DNA of 64,000 nucleotides from Myxococcota bacterium (GTDB taxonomy: Bacteria > Myxococcota_A > UBA796 > UBA2385), in NCBI GenBank assembly GCA_044344255.1, contig JBIJDH010000021.1, positions 84,045 to 148,044 of the forward strand. Reading direction: 5' to 3'. Positions 1 to 9,658 of this stretch are shown piece by piece. The notes beneath the pieces were generated by a model. That model saw nothing but the letters and a program-made list of their open reading frames with translations, ran no database searches and was not told the origin of the DNA. Positions within the stretch are counted from its first letter, which is position 1; the number at the start of each line of letters is the position of its first letter. Made by a program: the position numbers and the translations under genes.

Positions 1-1
1 C

Positions 2-460
2 AACCAGCACAAGTACCTCGGCAACTACCACATCTGGGAGTCGCTCGTGCGCTGGGATCGCCCCGAGGTCTACGGCGTGGCGCGTAAGCGAGCCGACTGC
101 CGCCTCCGCCAGAGCGCCTTCAACAGCCGGCCCGGCATCCGCGCGGCGATGGCGGCGATCATCGGGAAGCTGCGCGCCCGCCACATCCTCGTGTCGTTCA
201 ACAACGAGGGCTACATCAGCCGCGCCGAGATGGAGGCCCTGCTCCGCGTGCGGGGGACGGTCCGCGTCATCGAGCGAGACTTCAAGCGCTATGTGGGGGC
301 GCAGATCGGGATCTACAGCCCTCAGGGTCAACGGGTCGGTGAGGTCGGGGCCCTCACCAACAAGGAGTACCTCTTCCTCGTCAGCCCTGAGGGTGCAGGT
401 TCAGCCGACGCGGCTCAGCCGCCGACGCCGGGCTCTACGGCGGCCACACCCGCCTTGTAG
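2..460 (+). CDS. Adenine-specific DNA methyltransferase (D12-class-like), C-terminal part; 5' end lies outside the window
   Basis: Frame is open from base 2: NQHKYLGNYHIWESLVRWDRPEVYG...ILVSFNNEGYI...KEYLFLV. This resembles the region after the DPPY motif of orphan D12-type adenine MTases. The DPPY motif itself is not in the window. Confidence 0.7.
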   Translation, partial: NQHKYLGNYHIWESLVRWDRPEVYGVARKRADCRLRQSAFNSRPGIRAAMAAIIGKLRARHILVSFNNEGYISRAEMEALLRVRGTVRVIERDFKRYVGAQIGIYSPQGQRVGEVGALTNKEYLFLVSPEGAGSADAAQPPTPGSTAATPAL

Positions 461-933
461 GTCTCGTAGATGTAGACCTTCACGGGCAGGTCGCCGAGGT
501 GGTGCGCGATGAGGGGCTTGACCTCGGCCCAATCGAGCGCTCCCACGCCGGTGGCGAGGCGGGGCAGGGCGACGCTCTTATAGCCCTCGCGCTCGATCTC
601 CAGGCGCAGGGCCCGGAGCGCGTGGTTCACGGAGGAGAGCTTGGCCTTGCCGCCGTGGCCGGCGTGCCCGTGGGCGTCGGAGGGCTCCTGGGTGAAGACG
701 GAGAGCACGGTGCGGGCGCCCGGGCCACCCCAGCTCCAGAGCCCGCCCACCACGGCCTTGTGGGCGTGGCAGTAATGACGGAACTCCTTGTAGAGGGCCG
801 GCCACTGGTTGCGCATCGCGAGCGCGAGGCCTTGATCGAAATTGTCGTAGGGGGCGACCCCATGGGCGATGGCGTCGGCCTTGCTGAGGAGGATGTCGCC
901 GGTGACGTCGTGCATGTGGGTGTGTTCCTTCAT
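415..933 (-). CDS. Macro-domain protein (ADP-ribose binding/hydrolase; Poa1p/DarG-like subfamily)
   Basis: Macro motifs VTGDILLSKADAIAHGV, GLALAMRNQWP and SVALPRLATGVGALDWAEVKPLI. The start may be the ATG at 915. Overlaps the convergent MTase 3' end by 46 bp. Confidence 0.85.
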   Translation of the reverse strand: MKEHTHMHDVTGDILLSKADAIAHGVAPYDNFDQGLALAMRNQWPALYKEFRHYCHAHKAVVGGLWSWGGPGARTVLSVFTQEPSDAHGHAGHGGKAKLSSVNHALRALRLEIEREGYKSVALPRLATGVGALDWAEVKPLIAHHLGDLPVKVYIYETYKAGVAAVEPGVGG

Positions 934-1046
934 CGAGATGGGCTTTTTCGCACAGTCGCCGGGCGCCTGAGGTGCTCGGTGGGGCGAGAACGACGGTTGA
1001 ACCTTTGAAAATCCGGCGTGCTCGCTTTACTGTGTGGGGCTGAGGC

Positions 1047-1061
1047 GCAACAACCGTGCCA
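1047..1061 (-). promoter_or_regulatory. Sigma54 (-24/-12) promoter upstream of the macro-domain gene
   Basis: Minus strand reads TGGCACG-GTTG-TTGC, an exact match to the TGGCACG-N4-TTGC consensus, ~115 bp upstream of the ATG at 933. Confidence 0.7.
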
Positions 1062-1122
1062 CGGTCTGTCCACGGGCGACGGCGAGCCCCAAGGCGGGTA
1101 GAGCGCGGGCCGGGGGGCGTGG

Positions 1123-2379
1123 ATGCGCGAGCTCGACATCGGCGTGATCGGCTGCGGCACGGCGGGCCCCGCGGCCGCCCTCTTCCTCGCCCGGCGGGGG
1201 CACAGGGTCACCCTCTACGAGAAGGTGCGCCAGCCCGGCCCGGTCGGGGCGGGCATCATGCTCCAGCCCACCGGGCAGCGGGTCCTGGCCGAGCTGGGCC
1301 TGCTCCCCGCCATCCTCACCGCGGGGGAGCGGATCGATCGGCTCCGCTGCGAGACCGTGAGCGGGCGCGGGCTCGTCGACATCGCCTACGCCCACGTCGA
1401 CCCTCGCCTCTTCGGCCTCGGCCTGCACCGCGGCGTCCTCTTTCAGGCGCTCTACGACGCCGTCCGGGCCGAGCCGCGCATCGTGCTGAAGCTCGGGATC
1501 GAGGGCCGGGACTTGAGCCGGCGCGAGGGGCACCGCGCGATCATCGACGTCCACGGCCAGGCGCACGGTGAGCACCAGCTCATCGTCGTCTCCGATGGGG
1601 CCCACTCCCAGTTTCGGGATGACACCCCGCTCCCGCAGCGGGTGCGCCCCTACCCTTGGGGTGCGCTGTGGTTCGTCGCGCGGGACCCGGAGCGGCGCTT
1701 CACCGGTCGGCTCCATCAGGTCGTGCGCGGCACCGAGCGCATGCTCGGCCTCCTGCCCACGGGAGAGGGCCCCCGGGGGGAGGGGCGGGTGGTGAGCCTG
1801 TTCTGGAGCATCGCTGGCCGCGCGGTGGAGGACTTCCGTCGGGGCGACCTCGAGGCCTGGAAGGCGGAGCTCCGCGCCATGAACCCGGCGGTCGCGCCCG
1901 TGCTCGAGCAGATCCACACCCCCGACGACCTCCTCTACGCCTCCTACAAGGACGTCGAGATGCGCCGCTGGAACACCGATGACGTCGTCTACATCGGCGA
2001 CTCCGCCCACGCGATGAGCCCCCAGCTCGGCCAGGGGGCCAACCTCGCGCTGATGGACGCCTCCGCCCTCGCGGCTGCGCTGGGCGCCGAGCCGAGCGTG
2101 GCGGCGGCCCTCCGGCGGTACAGCCGGGAGCGGAGGGATCATCTTCGTTTCTACGGCTTCATGACCCGCTGGCTCACGCCCTTCTTTCAGTCCGACCTTC
2201 GTCCGCTCGGCCCGCTGCGCGACCTCGCCCTGCCGCTCGGGCGGTGGCTGCCGGGCATCACCGGCCAGATGGTGCGGACCATGGCCGGCCTGAAACGCGG
2301 CTTCTTCTTGCCGTCTATGCGGCCGGATCGGCTGCTGGACCTCCACCCCGAGGCGGGGCTGCGGGCCCCACGGACCTGA
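1123..2379 (+). CDS. FAD-dependent monooxygenase (UbiH/salicylate-hydroxylase-like, class A)
   Basis: GxGxxG (IGCGTAG), DG motif (SDGAHS) and GD motif (IGDSAHAMSPQLGQGANLALMDA). Confidence 0.9.
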   Translation: MRELDIGVIGCGTAGPAAALFLARRGHRVTLYEKVRQPGPVGAGIMLQPTGQRVLAELGLLPAILTAGERIDRLRCETVSGRGLVDIAYAHVDPRLFGLGLHRGVLFQALYDAVRAEPRIVLKLGIEGRDLSRREGHRAIIDVHGQAHGEHQLIVVSDGAHSQFRDDTPLPQRVRPYPWGALWFVARDPERRFTGRLHQVVRGTERMLGLLPTGEGPRGEGRVVSLFWSIAGRAVEDFRRGDLEAWKAELRAMNPAVAPVLEQIHTPDDLLYASYKDVEMRRWNTDDVVYIGDSAHAMSPQLGQGANLALMDASALAAALGAEPSVAAALRRYSRERRDHLRFYGFMTRWLTPFFQSDLRPLGPLRDLALPLGRWLPGITGQMVRTMAGLKRGFFLPSMRPDRLLDLHPEAGLRAPRT

Positions 2380-2412
2380 GCGGTCCCCGAGGACCTGGGG
2401 CAGGGCTCCGGC

Positions 2413-2931
2413 TCAGCGGTCCATCAGCCGCTGGGCCTCCAGCACCTCGTAGACCGCGCGGAGCTGCTCGGGGGTGAAGGCGCGCTTCCACGGGGGCATG
2501 TCGGTGCCGGGCACCCCCTCTTCGATGAGGCGGAGCTGGGCGGCGTCGGAGAAGTAGGTGGCGCCCTCACCTTCGACGAGGTTGACCGGCGGGGGCCGCA
2601 GGCTCGCGGCGCGGGGGCCGTCGCCGGCGCCGCTCAGGCCGTGGCAGGCCGCGCAGCTCTTGGCCCAGATCTCCGCCGCGGCGGCCCGCGAGGCGGGGTC
2701 AGCCGGTGGGAGGGGGGCGTCGTAGGCGGGGCCCATGGTTCGTCTCAGGTCCTCGCGGAGGGCCGCCCAGCGCTGCTCCCGGGGCGCCGCGGGCGCGGGT
2801 TGGGCGCAGCCGCCCAGCGGCAGGAGGAGCGCGAAGAGAGACACGACGAGGGGCACGAGGAGGGGCGCGAGGAGCCCCCCGCGGCGGGCGGCGGGGCTCA
2901 GGGGCCGGCGGGGGTGCTGCGGATCGACCAC
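2413..2931 (-). CDS. Mono-heme c-type cytochrome, probable lipoprotein
   Basis: CAACH heme motif, distal Met in GVPGTDMPPW, and a hydrophobic N-terminus ending LGGC. Confidence 0.85.
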   Translation of the reverse strand: MVDPQHPRRPLSPAARRGGLLAPLLVPLVVSLFALLLPLGGCAQPAPAAPREQRWAALREDLRRTMGPAYDAPLPPADPASRAAAAEIWAKSCAACHGLSGAGDGPRAASLRPPPVNLVEGEGATYFSDAAQLRLIEEGVPGTDMPPWKRAFTPEQLRAVYEVLEAQRLMDR

Positions 2932-4541
2932 GTGCTGCTGTCGCTCCAGTCGAGGGCCGCGCCCTGATCGGCGAGGCCGGTGGCCGGGCCCCAGGCGAGG
3001 GGGGCTTGTCCGGTGAGGGCCTCTCGTAGCGCGATCCGGAGGTACGAGAAGCGGCCGTCGCCGAGGGCGCAGCCGTCCTCGACGTCGCTGCCCGCCACCT
3101 CGAGGGTGTCTGTGTCCGGGGTGAGCCGCCCGCGCTGGTTGTGGGTGTCGGCGGTGACGGCGACGCCGGCGGGGATGAGGTTGCCCACCTCGCAGGGGGT
3201 GTCGTCGATGGCGATCGTGTAGGCGACCGGCGGCAGGAGGAGGGCGCCGCTGTGGACGTCGGTGAGCGCGACGGTGTCATCGGAGACCGCGTGCAGCGTC
3301 ACCGAGACCGCGGCGCCGGCCCCGTCGTCGGTCCAGGTGCGGCTGCTGGGCAGGCGGCCGGGCAGGCGAGCGGTCATCTGGGCGCCGAGGAGGCGGTCGT
3401 GGAGCGCATGATCGACGGCGTCGGGGTTGAGCTCGGGGGCCGCCGGGGCGAGGTAGGGGAGCGTCGCCCCGAGGCTGCCGCTGTACCGGAGGACGATGCC
3501 GGCGCTGTCGGCGGCGCTCTCGCGGGAGAGCGTGGCGCCATCGAGCTCGTGGCCGAGGGCGAGCTCCAGCCACGCGGCCCAGAGGAGGGTCGCGGCCTCG
3601 ATCTCCGGCGGCACCGCCGTGAGGTAGGCGAGCTCGGCGGTGGCCGTGGCCTCGACCATGTCGGTGCAGATCGGGCCCTCGCCGTCCCACTCCACGGTCC
3701 AGGCGTGGTCGTCGGAGAGGGCGAGGTCGAGGTCGAGGCTCTGTCCGCGGACGCCGCCCACGCCGGGGCTGAGGGTGGCCACGAGGCGGCCGGTGCGGGG
3801 GGTGGTGTAGACCCCCTGGAGCTCGACCTCCCAGAGGATGCGCGTGTCGTCGAGCACGACGTCGATGAGGCCGCCGCTGGTGTCGAGGGAGACCTGGGCG
3901 TCGATCGACCAGGCGCCAGTCGCCACGAGCGCCTCGGGCACCAGCTCGCACTCGGTGCCCGTCGGGCAGACCTCGCAGTCCGCGGCGGTGAGGTGGAGGC
4001 CGGGCTCGGGGCCGAGCGCGCGTCCGGCGAGGATCGGCGGCAGGTAGGCGGCCACTTGCTCGAGGCCGAGCGGCCCCAGGCTCGACTGGAGGCCGCCCTG
4101 GACGGGATCTTCGCCGGCCTCGGCCAGCCCGAGCTGCACCGTGACGGCGGCCTCACGCCCCGAGGTGTCGGCGCCGTGGAGGGTGAGGATGCGCCAGGGC
4201 TCGCCTTCGAGGGAGAGGCCAACGGAGAAGGCCCCGTCGGCGTCGACCGAGACGGGCTCGAGATCGGCGTAGAGGCCGGCGAGGTTCTCCACGCCCTCGA
4301 CGCGGCCGGTGACCGTGACCACGCCCGAGCTGCCGTAGGTGGCCGGGCGGTCTGGCAGGATGACGATCGGGCCGCCGTAGCCGCCGTCTGCGCCGTCTCC
4401 GGCGCCGCTGTCCTCCTCGCCTGTGCCGACGGGGCGGGACTTCTCGGTGCCTGGGTTGCCACAGCTGGCGAGCCCCGCCGCCACGAGCAGCGCGCCGAGG
4501 CAGCTCAGGCTCGCGCAGGAAGGGGGTTGGATCTGGGACAT
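2898..4541 (-). CDS. Hypothetical lipoprotein with an Ig-like N-terminal region
   Basis: Start set at ATG 4541 (MSQIQPP). Lipobox LASC, acidic linker, then beta-rich VTVTGRVEG. Codon pattern is typical of coding DNA. Confidence 0.65.
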   Translation of the reverse strand: MSQIQPPSCASLSCLGALLVAAGLASCGNPGTEKSRPVGTGEEDSGAGDGADGGYGGPIVILPDRPATYGSSGVVTVTGRVEGVENLAGLYADLEPVSVDADGAFSVGLSLEGEPWRILTLHGADTSGREAAVTVQLGLAEAGEDPVQGGLQSSLGPLGLEQVAAYLPPILAGRALGPEPGLHLTAADCEVCPTGTECELVPEALVATGAWSIDAQVSLDTSGGLIDVVLDDTRILWEVELQGVYTTPRTGRLVATLSPGVGGVRGQSLDLDLALSDDHAWTVEWDGEGPICTDMVEATATAELAYLTAVPPEIEAATLLWAAWLELALGHELDGATLSRESAADSAGIVLRYSGSLGATLPYLAPAAPELNPDAVDHALHDRLLGAQMTARLPGRLPSSRTWTDDGAGAAVSVTLHAVSDDTVALTDVHSGALLLPPVAYTIAIDDTPCEVGNLIPAGVAVTADTHNQRGRLTPDTDTLEVAGSDVEDGCALGDGRFSYLRIALREALTGQAPLAWGPATGLADQGAALDWSDSSTWSIRSTPAGP

Positions 4542-4672
4542 CGGGCCTCCGGGGCTCCCTCCCTCCCTATCCGCACCTCCGCGGGCTGGGTGGCGGGACG
4601 TCGAGCTTTGGCGTACAGTGCCGGGGGTTGTCCGGGAGGGCCGCCTGCGCACCCGAATTGTCGCTGGAGGAG

Positions 4673-5311
<639 letters not shown>

Positions 5312-5352
5312 GGCACGGGTGGGCCGCCCGCCGAGCGCGGCCCCGACCGTGT

Positions 5353-6375
5353 TCAGACCCCGTGGCAGAGCCCAGCGGGCAGGTGCCCGGTGAGCAGACA
5401 GTGGAGGTGATCCACACAGGCGAGGATCACCGCCACCGCCGTCGCTCCCATCAGCCGGCGAAAGGTACGCCGAACCGCGCTCGGCTCGGGCGCCGCCGCG
5501 GCGAGGCACCATGGGAGGAGGAGCAGCGCCGGTAGCGTGAGGCGGGGCACGTATTCGACGAAGGCCAGCCCGCTGTAGAGCAGCGCCGAGAACCCGAAGC
5601 TGAGCCGGGCGGCGTGGACGCAGGCTCGCGCGCCGTGGGTGACCACGAGGGTCCGGTACCCCCGCGCGCGGTCCTCGGCCTCCTGGAAGGACTGCGCGAG
5701 GAACGTGAGCCCGAGCAGCCCGAAGGCCAGGACCAGCCCCATCACCGGGGTGCGCGGCTGGTAGGGCCAGCCCACGATGATGAAGCCGGCGAGCGGCGTG
5801 AGCAGCCCGTAGCCCACGAAGTTGACGAGCGGACCGAGGAGGGGGTGGCCCTTCCAGGCGGTGCGGGGGTGCGAGTAGAACAAGGCCAGCAGCGCGTTGC
5901 CGGCGGCCGCGGTCGCCGCGACCGGGTGGACGCAGAGCGCCAGGAGGGGGGCGATCGCGAGCGCGACGAGGCCGGCGGTCGTGGCCTCCTTCGGCACCGG
6001 CACCGAGCGACCGAAGAGCACGGGGCCGTCGTCCTGATCGAGGGCGGCGTTGAGCCAGAGGGATCCTGCGTGGAGGGCGGCCCAGGCGCCCAGCAGCAGC
6101 ACGAAGCCGCCGGGGGCCTTGAGGTCGAGGCCGCCGCACCAGTGCGCCCAGGCGTAGCCGAGGCCGAGCAGGATCCAGAGCCAGGGCAACATCCGCGGCC
6201 GGGCGAGCGTCATCAGGCGCCGCGCCTTGTCCTGGGCGGAGCCGGGTTCGGGGCCCGGCGCGGCGGGGCGGGGGGCGGGCTTGGTCAGGGTCAGGGTGGC
6301 TCCGACGCGGAGCTTATCCGCCCTGGAGGACGGGTCGCGGCGCTCACCCTGTCCGGGCTGGGCGACGGTGTACAC
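5353..6375 (-). CDS. UbiA-family prenyltransferase
   Basis: Multi-TM protein with LARP, WLNAALDQDDG (NxxxDxxxD-like), YSHP and QEAEDRARGYRTL motifs. The true start may be the ATG at 6213. Confidence 0.8.
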   Translation of the reverse strand: MYTVAQPGQGERRDPSSRADKLRVGATLTLTKPAPRPAAPGPEPGSAQDKARRLMTLARPRMLPWLWILLGLGYAWAHWCGGLDLKAPGGFVLLLGAWAALHAGSLWLNAALDQDDGPVLFGRSVPVPKEATTAGLVALAIAPLLALCVHPVAATAAAGNALLALFYSHPRTAWKGHPLLGPLVNFVGYGLLTPLAGFIIVGWPYQPRTPVMGLVLAFGLLGLTFLAQSFQEAEDRARGYRTLVVTHGARACVHAARLSFGFSALLYSGLAFVEYVPRLTLPALLLLPWCLAAAAPEPSAVRRTFRRLMGATAVAVILACVDHLHCLLTGHLPAGLCHGV

Positions 6376-6527
6376 TCCGTTCTACACCCCCCTCCCCGGA
6401 GAGGGGCCTCCCCGCTATGCGGGCGGGCCAGGTCCCCCTTGGCACCCTCCTTGCTCGGTGGGTCGTGTTCCGTCCGATCGATGTCTCGGGACCCCTCACC
6501 GCTGGAGGGGCCCGCGCTGGAGGCGCC

Positions 6528-7151
6528 TTGGGAACCCTGTCGCTCGCCCTGCTCTCGCTGCTGAAGATCGCCGCTGCGCAGGACGAGGCCCTCTACGCCG
6601 CCGCCCCGCCGCCGGGCTCGGCCTTCGTGCGGGTCGTGGCCACCACCCGGCAGGGGTCCGTGAAGCTGGGCGCGACCGACCTCGGCGCTCTCGCCCCCGG
6701 CGGCGCCTCTGCCTACCGGCCCCGCCCCGCTGGCTCGGGGCCGGTGGTCTCCGGCGCGCTGCAGTGCAACTACACTGCCGAGGCGGGCCAGTATTACACC
6801 GTGGTGCTCCCGGCGGCGGGCAGCTCGACCACCTGCACCACCCTGCACGATCCGGCGCCCCCGAGCCGCTCCAAGGCCGGCCTCGTCCTCTACAACCTGA
6901 GCCGGTCCGGGCCCCTCACCCTCGAGACCGCCGACGGCGCCGTGAAGGTGATCGAGGCCCTCGGCGCGGGCGCCCTCGCCGACCGCGCGGTCAACGCGCT
7001 GCCGGTGACGCTGCGGGTCTCCCGGCCCCAGGGGCCGCCTCTCCCCCTCCCCGAGCTCTCCCTGCGTCGCGGCGGGGTGTGGAGCGTCTTCGTGCGGGAG
7101 GAGGGCAACGGGCTCTCGGTCTCCGTCGTCGAAAACACCACCGGCGCCTGA
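6528..7151 (+). CDS. algF: AlgF-like O-acetylation accessory protein
   Basis: TTG start after GGAGG; signal peptide, then ALYAAAPPPGSAFVRV typical of AlgF/WssG; immediately precedes an MBOAT gene. Confidence 0.75.
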   Translation: MGTLSLALLSLLKIAAAQDEALYAAAPPPGSAFVRVVATTRQGSVKLGATDLGALAPGGASAYRPRPAGSGPVVSGALQCNYTAEAGQYYTVVLPAAGSSTTCTTLHDPAPPSRSKAGLVLYNLSRSGPLTLETADGAVKVIEALGAGALADRAVNALPVTLRVSRPQGPPLPLPELSLRRGGVWSVFVREEGNGLSVSVVENTTGA

Positions 7152-7152
7152 C

Positions 7153-8535
7153 GTGGTCTTCTCCTCTTCGATCTTTCTCTTTGTATTTCTCCCGCTCTTT
7201 CTGTCTGTCTACTATGTCGTCCCAGCGCGGCTGCGCACCCTCGTCATCCTGCTGGGCTCCTACGTCTTCTTCGGCTGGTGGCGGTACGACTTCCTCTTCC
7301 TTCTCATCGGGGTCACCACCTGGAGCTGGGCCTGGAGCCACGCCGTCGCCCGCGCCCCGTCGCCGGCCTTGAAGCGGCTCGCGCTCACCATCGGCGTGGT
7401 GGGTGACCTCGGCGTGCTGGCCGGCTTCAAGTACACCTCCTTCGTGATGGGTAACCTCGCCGGGCTGGCGGTCACCCTCGGCCTCGAGCCCCCGCCGGTG
7501 CCGTCGGTGTTGCTGCCCGTAGGGATCTCCTTCTACACCTTTCAGGCGCTGAGCTACCTCGTCGACGTCTATCGGGGAGACGCGGTGGCGGAGCGGAGTC
7601 CGCTCAACTTCTCTGCCTTTATCGTTGTGTTTCCGCAGCTCATCGCCGGGCCGGTGCTCCGCTACAAAGACGTGGCCGATCAGTTCCACTCCCGGCCGCA
7701 CAGCTTCGCCCTCTTCAGCGAGGGGGCTGAGCGCTTCATGCTCGGCTTCTGCATGAAGGTCCTGGTGGCCGATCCCATCGCCCCGCTCGTCACCACCCTC
7801 TTCGAGCGGAGCGCACCGACCCTCGCCGAGAGCTGGCTGGGCGTCACCGCCTACACGGTACAGCTCTACTTTGACTTCGCGGGCTACAGCCACATGGCGG
7901 TGGGCCTCGGCCTCCTCATCGGCTTCCGGTTCATGGAGAACTTCGATCAGCCCTACATCTCCAGCAGCATCACCGAGTTCTGGCGCCGCTGGCACATCTC
8001 CCTGTCCACCTGGCTCCGCGACTATCTGTACGTGCCGCTCGGCGGGAATCGACGCGGAGAGCGGAGGACCTACCTGAACTTGATGGCGACGATGGTGCTC
8101 GGCGGCCTCTGGCACGGCGCCGCCTGGACCTTCCTCGCCTGGGGCCTCTGGCACGGGGTGTGGCTGAGCTTGGAGCGGCATAACCGCCACCGGCTCCCCA
8201 CCGGGCCGCTGGCCGTCGCCCGCACGATGCTGGTGGTGATGGTGGGTTGGGTGCTCTTTCGTTCGACAGACCTCCCCTCCGCGGGCCGCTTCTTCGCCGG
8301 GATGGTGGGGCTCCATGGCGTTGGCCTGAGCGGGGACGTCGCCTGGCGGATCGCCCCGCTCTCCGTGGTGATGGTGCTCGTCGGCCTGGCTGTGGTTTAT
8401 GTCCCGGGGCGGGTCCGGCTGGAGCGGCTCCCGCTGGCCCGCTTCGTGCCGGTCCTGGTCTCGCTCGGCTTCGTCGTCGCGGTGCTGCGCCTGACCGCGA
8501 TGAGCCACTCCCCCTTCCTGTATTTTCAGTTCTGA
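7153..8535 (+). CDS. algI: AlgI-like MBOAT polysaccharide O-acetyltransferase
   Basis: MVFSSxxFLFxFLP start, LPVGISFYTFQ, QLYFDFAGYS, ENFDQPY, FWRRWHISLSTWLRDYLY, GLWHG (catalytic His) and C-terminal PFLYFQF. Confidence 0.95.
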   Translation: MVFSSSIFLFVFLPLFLSVYYVVPARLRTLVILLGSYVFFGWWRYDFLFLLIGVTTWSWAWSHAVARAPSPALKRLALTIGVVGDLGVLAGFKYTSFVMGNLAGLAVTLGLEPPPVPSVLLPVGISFYTFQALSYLVDVYRGDAVAERSPLNFSAFIVVFPQLIAGPVLRYKDVADQFHSRPHSFALFSEGAERFMLGFCMKVLVADPIAPLVTTLFERSAPTLAESWLGVTAYTVQLYFDFAGYSHMAVGLGLLIGFRFMENFDQPYISSSITEFWRRWHISLSTWLRDYLYVPLGGNRRGERRTYLNLMATMVLGGLWHGAAWTFLAWGLWHGVWLSLERHNRHRLPTGPLAVARTMLVVMVGWVLFRSTDLPSAGRFFAGMVGLHGVGLSGDVAWRIAPLSVVMVLVGLAVVYVPGRVRLERLPLARFVPVLVSLGFVVAVLRLTAMSHSPFLYFQF

Positions 8536-8541
8536 GCCGGG

Positions 8542-9657
8542 ATGGACCGCGATGAGCTCCCAGGGGCGAACATGATGGAGACGAGCGGGGGCGCTCCCAG
8601 TGCCTCGTGGGTCGAGCGGGCCCCGGGGTTCGTGCTGATCGGGATCCTCGGCAGCGCCCTCTGGACCCTCCGGGGCCTGCCGGCCGCGCTGGAGGCCCCC
8701 ACCGCGGCGACCCTGCTCGACGGGCGCTACACCGCGGCGACCGCGGCCACCGTCGACCGGGAGCTCTCCTTCCGCGAGGAGTCCGTGGCGCTCTGGGCCG
8801 CCGCCGAGCTCGCCCTCTTCGGGGTGGGCCGCCCGGGCGTCGTCGTCGGCCGGGAGGGGTGGCTGTTCTCCACCGAAGAGCTGGAGCCCGGTGCCCCGAA
8901 CGCGCCCCTGATCCTCGACCTCGCCCAGCGCGCCTCGGCGCGGCTCCGGGCAGAGGGCGGGAGCCTCGTGGTGGTGGTGCTCCCCGACAAGCTCCGGGTC
9001 GAGGCCGCGCAGGCCGGGCGCTTCGGCAGCCCGCCGGAGAACGCCGGTCGCGCCGCCGCGCTCCGGGCCGCGCTCACGGCCGCAGAGATCCGCGCCCCCG
9101 ATGTGGAGGGGGCGTTGGTCGCCGCCCACGGGGGGAGCGGCGGTCCGCTCTACTTCCGCACCGACACCCACTGGACGCCCGTGGGGGCGCAGGTGGCCGC
9201 GGGCGCCATCGCCGCCGCCGTGCCGGAGCTCCGGGGGCTGGCCCGCTTCACCGTGGAGATGGCGCCCGAGGAGGCTTACGCGGGAGACCTCCTCCGCTTC
9301 CTGCCCCTCGGGCCCTTCGTCGCCCTCGGCCCCTCCCCGGACCGCCTCGCCCAGCCCACCACCCGCCGCGTCGCCGCCCCGGCCTCCGCCGCCGACCTCT
9401 TCGGTGAGGTGGAGCTGCCGATCACGCTGATCGGCACGTCCTACTCGGCGAACCCGCGCTGGGACTTCCCCGGCGCCCTCTCCCGCGCCTTCGGGCTCGA
9501 GGTCTTGGACCTCTCGGTGGAGGGGGAGGGGCCGATCGCCCCGATGCGGGCCTGGCTCTCCGCCCCGCTGGAGGGCGGCGCGCCGGCCCTGGTCATCTGG
9601 GAGGTGCCGGAGCGGTACCTCGCCGTGGCGCTCCCTCAGCCGAAGGCGGGGGCCTGA
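8542..9657 (+). CDS. algJ: AlgJ-like SGNH O-acetyltransferase
   Basis: N-terminal anchor, GREGWLF, YFRTDTHWT (DxH), GTSYS (catalytic Ser) and IWEVPERYL. Confidence 0.85.
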   Translation: MDRDELPGANMMETSGGAPSASWVERAPGFVLIGILGSALWTLRGLPAALEAPTAATLLDGRYTAATAATVDRELSFREESVALWAAAELALFGVGRPGVVVGREGWLFSTEELEPGAPNAPLILDLAQRASARLRAEGGSLVVVVLPDKLRVEAAQAGRFGSPPENAGRAAALRAALTAAEIRAPDVEGALVAAHGGSGGPLYFRTDTHWTPVGAQVAAGAIAAAVPELRGLARFTVEMAPEEAYAGDLLRFLPLGPFVALGPSPDRLAQPTTRRVAAPASAADLFGEVELPITLIGTSYSANPRWDFPGALSRAFGLEVLDLSVEGEGPIAPMRAWLSAPLEGGAPALVIWEVPERYLAVALPQPKAGA

Positions 9658-9658
9658 C

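Noticed and set aside
2..933. DarTG toxin-antitoxin or restriction-modification system
   Set aside because: No DarT-like ADP-ribosyltransferase or endonuclease is visible, and the two genes are convergent. Sequence upstream of the window cannot be assessed.
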